NCBI GenBank assembly: GCA_021613535.1
Contig: CP075497.1
Location: forward strand, 6,138,001-6,202,000
Length of the DNA: 64,000 nt
From: Adineta vaga
Lineage: Eukaryota > Animalia > Rotifera
Direction of reading: 5' to 3'
Positions 57,813-64,000 of the stretch are shown here, piece by piece; the first letter of the stretch is position 1, and every line of letters starts with the position of its first letter. The translations under genes were made by a program, and so were the position numbers. Under the pieces are notes generated by a model, which saw only the letters and a list, made by a program, of their open reading frames with translations, ran no database searches and was not told the origin of the DNA.

Positions 57813-59933
57813 ATGTCAACAACAACTCATAATCGTAATCGTAATCAAGCCTACTACACCTTTACATTCTATTCTTCTTTTTGTTACGTTTGTGGTCGAG
57901 TTTGCGAGCAAGTATATATGAAATATGGTACGTTATGTGCAAATTTTAAATGAAAACTTTTCATAATTGACTATTTTTATTAGCGTCTTCGTGAATTTTT
58001 TCGTGGTCCATCAAATAATGACCGAAAATCAACAATTTCTTTATCGAATTCATCACTTCTTCCAAATGTTGATGCGAATACTTTTGTTAACGCTGCTCAA
58101 GATAAGGATACTGACACATTACACAAGTATTTGCTTGCAGGTTAGTAACAAACAATGAATAACATTATGTTTGACATAAACATCATAATTCATTAAAGAG
58201 CAATAAGATCATATTTCAGGTTTCCCACCAGATCAACCAGATCCTTCTACAAAAGCAACAGCTTTACATGTTGCAGTTGAATCAGCTAATCTACGCGCTA
58301 TTCAAATGTTACTTCAAGCCGGTGCACAAGTCAATGCAACTGATATGAGTTCTTCGACGCCACTACATATTGCCGCTTATATGGGTTATGAAGAAGTGAG
58401 GTTAATTAATTGCTTGAGAAAGAACAGAAAATTTATATGATTATAGCTAGATGCGTAGATTGTACAGATACTTTTATCAAATGGTGCTGATATGTATAAA
58501 CAAGATAATACAGGTCGAAATGCATTTCATCTTGCTATATCAACAGGAAATCTTCGATTAGTTCAACATTTCCTTTCAACAGCTGATCCGGAACTAAATA
58601 TTTTACACAAACCTGATGCGTAAGCTGTTTTTCTTTGTTATATCTCAAATAAGAGAAAAGTATTGATCAGATTTGAAATTTTTATTATCTATTTAGTCAA
58701 AATTGGACACCTTTGATGTGTGCTTGTGCTAGTAATCATCCAGCAATATGTGCATTTCTCTTATCACATCATACAGATCTATGTGCAATTAATGATCGTC
58801 ATATGACAGCACTTCATATCGCTGCTTTTCTCGGTTCATTACCAGTTCTTCAAGAACTCCTAACATCATCATCATCATCATCTAATGATGAAAACATAAT
58901 AAAAGCACTTAATCAAGGTGATAATCGAAATCAAACTCCTTTATTCTATGCATGTATTGAAGGTCATCTTGATGTTGCATTAGTATTAATTCGTGCTGGT
59001 GCAAATGCTTATCATTTAGATAATGAGAATCAAACATGTTTACATGCAATGTTATCATCAACAATAATATTAAAAAGACATATACGTTTATTCTATCGTT
59101 TTATACAATTTGTTGATTATCATTCTTATCAAGATTGTCATGATCGAACTTTACTTGATCTTGCTTATTTAAATCAATTAAATACAATTATCTATTTATT
59201 AAATTCTTTAAATTATAAAACAAATGTGAATACTATTGTCAACCATGAACAGATTGAAAATCGTACATATCAACATGATAAACAAGTACTTTCTCTTCGT
59301 CATCTTTGTATTCTTCGTTTTAAGAATTCAATTGTCTATGTTCGAGATCAACGACAATCTACACAACATGATTTACTTGAAAAAGCATTACAAGAAACAT
59401 TTCAAATTAGTCCATTGAACGATTTAACAAATTCGAATGAAACAAATACAATGGAATGTTCATTTGGTAAATCATTAGATGATATTTCACTCTTACAACA
59501 ACAACAACAACTATCAAATAAATATCAAAAAAATGCAAAAGGAACAAAAAATCCCGAGAAAAAAATGAGAAAAACATCAACAATTTTTTCGACAATATCA
59601 TCATCATCATCATCAACAAATAAATGGTCGTCACAAATTGATTTACAACATTCACCTTCAACATGGTCCGTATTAACACATAAATTCAAAGGTCAACGAA
59701 CACTTCCACCATTAATCAATCCACAACAAATACTTTTCGAACAACCAACAGATTCATTACAATTATCAGCAATACATCCAATGAAAAATTTAGCTTTAAA
59801 AATGTTAATACCATCAACTAAACTCGAAGATTTACTAGATTTTCCTTCATTAAATAACAATCAGTTCCTTAATGATGATTTAAAAATGTCTATCAAGACA
59901 TATAATATATTAGATATAAATGCAACAAATTAA
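57813..59933 (+). CDS. Ankyrin-repeat protein with a SOCS/BC-box-like motif (ASB-like)
   Basis: Repeats TALHVA, TPLHIAA, NAFHLA, TPLMCA, TALHIAA, TPLFYA and TCLHA over spliced exons; VLSLRHLCILRF at 59286-59321. Confidence 0.85.
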
Positions 59934-60945
59934 ATATATACGTTCCTTATTATTTGTCGTTTTGATTATCATTTTTTTGTAAAGATATTCTATTTTTTTT
60001 TCTTATTTTTCCTTAGCTTTGATTCAAAATAAACAAGGAAATCAATGATTCGACTAAATGTCCTATTTAGGAAAACTTCTTGGTCTCTATTGAGCCAAAA
60101 TATGTCATTACGGATGTTGATCAATTCTTTCCTATTTAATAACGTTAAGTAGCATCTGCCGCTCAATATGTTGTTGAATCACAAAGTACACATTAGTCGA
60201 TTTGACGTAACTAAACTATAACGTGGGATGAACACAGAAGATCTTCAACTGCTAATTTTCGTGAGGAATGTATAATTATTTCTGAAAACTATCATGAGAA
60301 AAAGATGGAATCGAATTATTTCAGTGTAGTGGAGGGAAGTGTTTTAAAAGGTTAGAATTACTTTGACATATCGAATGATGTAGGATGAACAAAAGTGTAG
60401 GTTGTCATGTGTTTTTTTCAAGTCGATTTCATGGATGAACGAAGAATTGCAGTGATAATATCATTTCTCACTCATGCAATGCCTACAACACCTTGTATAA
60501 ACGAATGTCATAGAAAAATACATTTGTTTTCTTTATTTTTCACCTATTCATCTTTGGATTATTAATAGAGCCGCATATATAGTATGTATTGCGAGAGATA
60601 ATCCTAAACAGTTATTAAGAAAAGAAAAAGGACTGATTTAAGAGATTTTAGTTTTTATATATAATAGAAACTCATCTCGAGCACGTATTTTTTTAACGAT
60701 TGCCAGAAGCAGACAAGAAAAATAGAAATAATAATGGGAGCGGATGTAATTAATTGTCGTATATCATGCAAAAAAGAGATGAAATAAATCTTCGGAATAT
60801 CTCTCTATATTTGTAAGACTTGATACTTCAACTCATTTGCTCATATATAAATAAAAGACTACATAGAGCCTTTGTTTCTCTTCTATAGATATCTTGAACA
60901 CTCATAAATCTTTCTGCCATTTTTTTTCTAAACAAAAAATTACTA

Positions 60946-62585
60946 ATGAATAGCAATTCACCCTCCCATATCAATATGTCTGCATCAGTATCAGCTGTAT
61001 GGTATTATACAACAGGCATATACAGTACTTTATGTTTACTATGTGGATCCATGTTCAATGGTTTAGTCATCTTTGTGTTTCTCAGGTACGATACATTAGA
61101 TATTTATTTATTTCATGGGATTATATATATATATATATATATTTACTAATAGAAGTTCAAGATTACGACAACCAAGAAATTTTCTTCTTATTAATCTTGC
61201 TGTTACTGATATTGGATTACTAGTTACAAATAATACACTACATGCCATCGCATCATTCAATAAACACTGGTCATTCGGACAAATAGGTAATCTTTTACAT
61301 TTGTACATCAATCGTTTAGTATGCAAAAATCATTCTTATTATATTTCCATTGCCAAAAATATCAAAACATTAAAGTAATTAGATATGCATATCAAGATTC
61401 TTAGAGAATATGTGGAAGAATATATCTATTCAATTCAGATAAGATTTTTGTAAACATAAAATGTTGAGGTTTGAAAATGTATCAGTAACGTTTCTCAATT
61501 TGTTGAAATAGAGTGGAAATGATCATCATACTGTTTATCGAAAATAAAGTACGGCTATCTTCTCTTGCATGGAAAAGCAGTAGAAAATCTATAACTTTCA
61601 TTTGATGATGTCTTCTTGTACATAATTTTATCAACCGAATTTTAGGTTGTAACTTCTATGCATTCGCCGGTGGTCTCTGTGGTCTCACATCCATTGCAAC
61701 AATGGCAGCAATTGCACTTACTCGACTCATGGCTGTCATTGATCCATTTAGTTCATTAAAGTTAACTACACAATTTACATTCAGTTTGTATTTTCGCTCT
61801 TTTTCCTAACGTTGTCTATATATATATATATATATATTTGCATGTTTGATTTGATAGAATGTATTGTTTGTAGTTGGATGTATGGTTTGATATGGATGAT
61901 CGGGCCATTGTTTGGATGGAATCGTTTTGTATTTGAAGGATTTGGTACAAGTTGTACATTTGATTATGTGTCGAAAGATCGATGGAATCGTTCGTTTATG
62001 TTGGTGTTAATAATTGGTGGATTTTTGATTCCATTAACAATAATTATAGTATCATATACAATTATTTTAATGAAACTATCGAAACGTGGTCATCAAATCT
62101 TGTATCGTAGTAATCTAAAACAGATAGCACGCTTACAACTAAATTATGAACCGAGCACGTATTGTGTTACGTCTTATAATTCATTATTTGACGAAGAAAT
62201 TCTTACTAAATCGACCATTGATGCATCAGTAAATAATCATCAATCCGCTCAAAAGATTTCTCATATAGAATTTCGTGCTACCCGTACGGCATTACTAATA
62301 TGTGGTATTTATTGTATGGCTTGGACACCGTATGCAGTGATGGCAATATTATCTCAACTTGGTCCTAGTCATCTCATAAATGTGTACACAACTTCAATAA
62401 TTGGTTTGTTTACTAAAACAGCAGCCTGTATAAATCCTTTGATCTATGTATTTTCATCACCTATCTTTCGTCGTTGTCTATTTCATCAGTCAACATTTTG
62501 GCAGTACAAAATAACATCACCTGAAAATTGTTCAAATCAAAAGAGAATCTATTTATCAAACTTAACGAGTAATCATTCACATTAA
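60946..62585 (+). CDS. Opsin B (paralog of opsin A), four exons
   Basis: Same intron positions as opsin A; LRQPRNFLLINLAVTD, EGFGTSCTFDY, AWTPYA and LFTKTAACINPLIY (Lys at 62415-62417). Confidence 0.9.
61594..62091. repeat. Near-identical inverted repeat, partner of 45799-46286
   Basis: Direct comparison of both copies. Confidence 0.93.
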
Positions 62586-62990
62586 AAATGATAATATCCA
62601 AGCATTGCTAACACAAATGGATCTAATGGCATTTCGTTGACGAAAAACAACTAAAAAACATATTTATCATTGTTGTATTTGTATTAAGGATATATGGACA
62701 TATATACTAGATGTCGCCTCTAGACAGATCTATTTCGTTTTCTGTTTTAAGTTTGAATATATACTTTTGCATAATTATTTCAAGAGTTTTTGTTGTAAAG
62801 AATATTTTCAATTATATTAATTAATAAAAATCATAATTAGTTTTGTATAATTCTGACTGGTTAAAATCTCTGATATGTTTTAACTGATTTTTCATCTCGT
62901 CTGTCTCATCAAAAGACACAGTGTTCTGTTTTTTTCTTCGATTTACAAACATGCTTTTGTAAACTCTTCCAAAATTTGTTATCAACAACT

Positions 62991-63655
62991 ATGTCAACAT
63001 CGGTTAGTGCATTTCGTTGGCTTGATATTCTTGAAAAAGAATTTGATAAAGCTTTTGTTGATATCGATCTATTACTTGGAGAAATTGATCCAGATCAATC
63101 AGAAATTACTGATGAAGGTCGAGCAAAAATGACTATACTAAGTTCATGTTTTGCACAATTAGCCCATAAAGCGCAAACTATCTCACAAGTAAATGCGAAA
63201 TTAGAAGTATGTAGAATATTTTCTTTCAATCTCTTTTAACATTAAATTTGATTAGGCTCAGTTACTTGATGTTCGAACAGAGACTGTCGAAGTAATGGCA
63301 GATCGACAAGCATTAGAACAACAATTGAAAGAGATTATGGCACAATTACATGCATCACAATTAGAATATCAAGTATTAAAAAATCAAGGAGAAATTGAAG
63401 GTGCTGAAAAGATACTTATTAAATTGGTTTGTTTTTTTTTTATGAAGAAGATGTTATTGTTAATGAAATATTTATTTAGGAAGAACAAATAGCTAAACAA
63501 CGTGAAGAATATAAACAGAATGCAATACCAGAAATTAAAGTACATGAAATCGAAAAAGAAAACGAAAAATTAAAAACACAGATCCTTAATCTTCAATCGG
63601 AAATCTATGGATCACGTTTAGCTGCAAAATATCTTGATAAAGAATTAGCTGGAAG
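62991..63655 (+). CDS. GOPC: Golgi-associated PDZ and coiled-coil protein, 3' part beyond window
   Basis: [42 protein letters not shown] and [22 protein letters not shown]. Confidence 0.95.
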
Positions 63656-64000
63656 GTAAATTTTCAAATCTAACTATTTAGATAGGAACATTCTTAGGAC
63701 ATAATAAACTTCATGCATATTATCAGATACTACTTGTTATTTTAGTAATTGAGAGCTTGAAATGTAGATTACCTCTATTGTAAGGTTCTTCAAAGAATTA
63801 ATCTGAAGAAAAATGTACATTAGGAAAAACAAACTACAATCATTAATCGTTTATTCAATTATAAGTCGAGTATTATTAGTAGCATGTATTTAGTGGTTTG
63901 GTTTTGAGAGTTGAAATCGTTCCTTGCCGATCTATAATAAGCAACAAAAAAAAACAACTCTTATTACGCTTTGCGATTTTCTCATCCATTCAACACAACA

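Overview
AT-rich, gene-dense animal DNA with short (~45-75 nt) GT-AG introns, most likely a bdelloid rotifer. The taxon is inferred from intron size, composition and an ART-TPR-type gene relic. Genes in order: PEPCK(GTP) (5'-partial), MOB4/phocein, INPP1 (apparent frameshift), tRNA-Thr(AGT), SYS1, RPL11, a trypsin-like protease, a calmodulin-like gene, a hidden two-exon PET117-like microprotein, polyQ-rich TTBK, bleomycin hydrolase and an intronless Nodal-like ligand. Next comes an accessory block (25-30 kb) with nested DNA transposons, a truncated SUPT7L-like gene and an ART-TPR pseudogene. After it: PKG, a latrophilin-like adhesion GPCR, opsin A, selenoprotein T with a SECIS, an orphan ORF, a RERG/RASL11-like GTPase, a second orphan ORF, an ankyrin/SOCS-like gene, opsin B and GOPC (3'-partial). 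The strongest observations are (i) two inverted opsin paralogs ~14 kb apart that share a near-identical ~490 bp tract including intron sequence while their flanks are diverged, suggesting gene conversion or an invertible segment; (ii) a Nodal-like ligand lacking the inter-chain cysteine; (iii) UGA recoding with a type II SECIS; and (iv) a Mutator-like element carrying two nested insertions and abutting a decapitated gene. I see no CRISPR array, no clear horizontally acquired gene and no wholly new multi-gene system. Gene models were spliced by eye and family calls rest on remembered motifs, not database searches.
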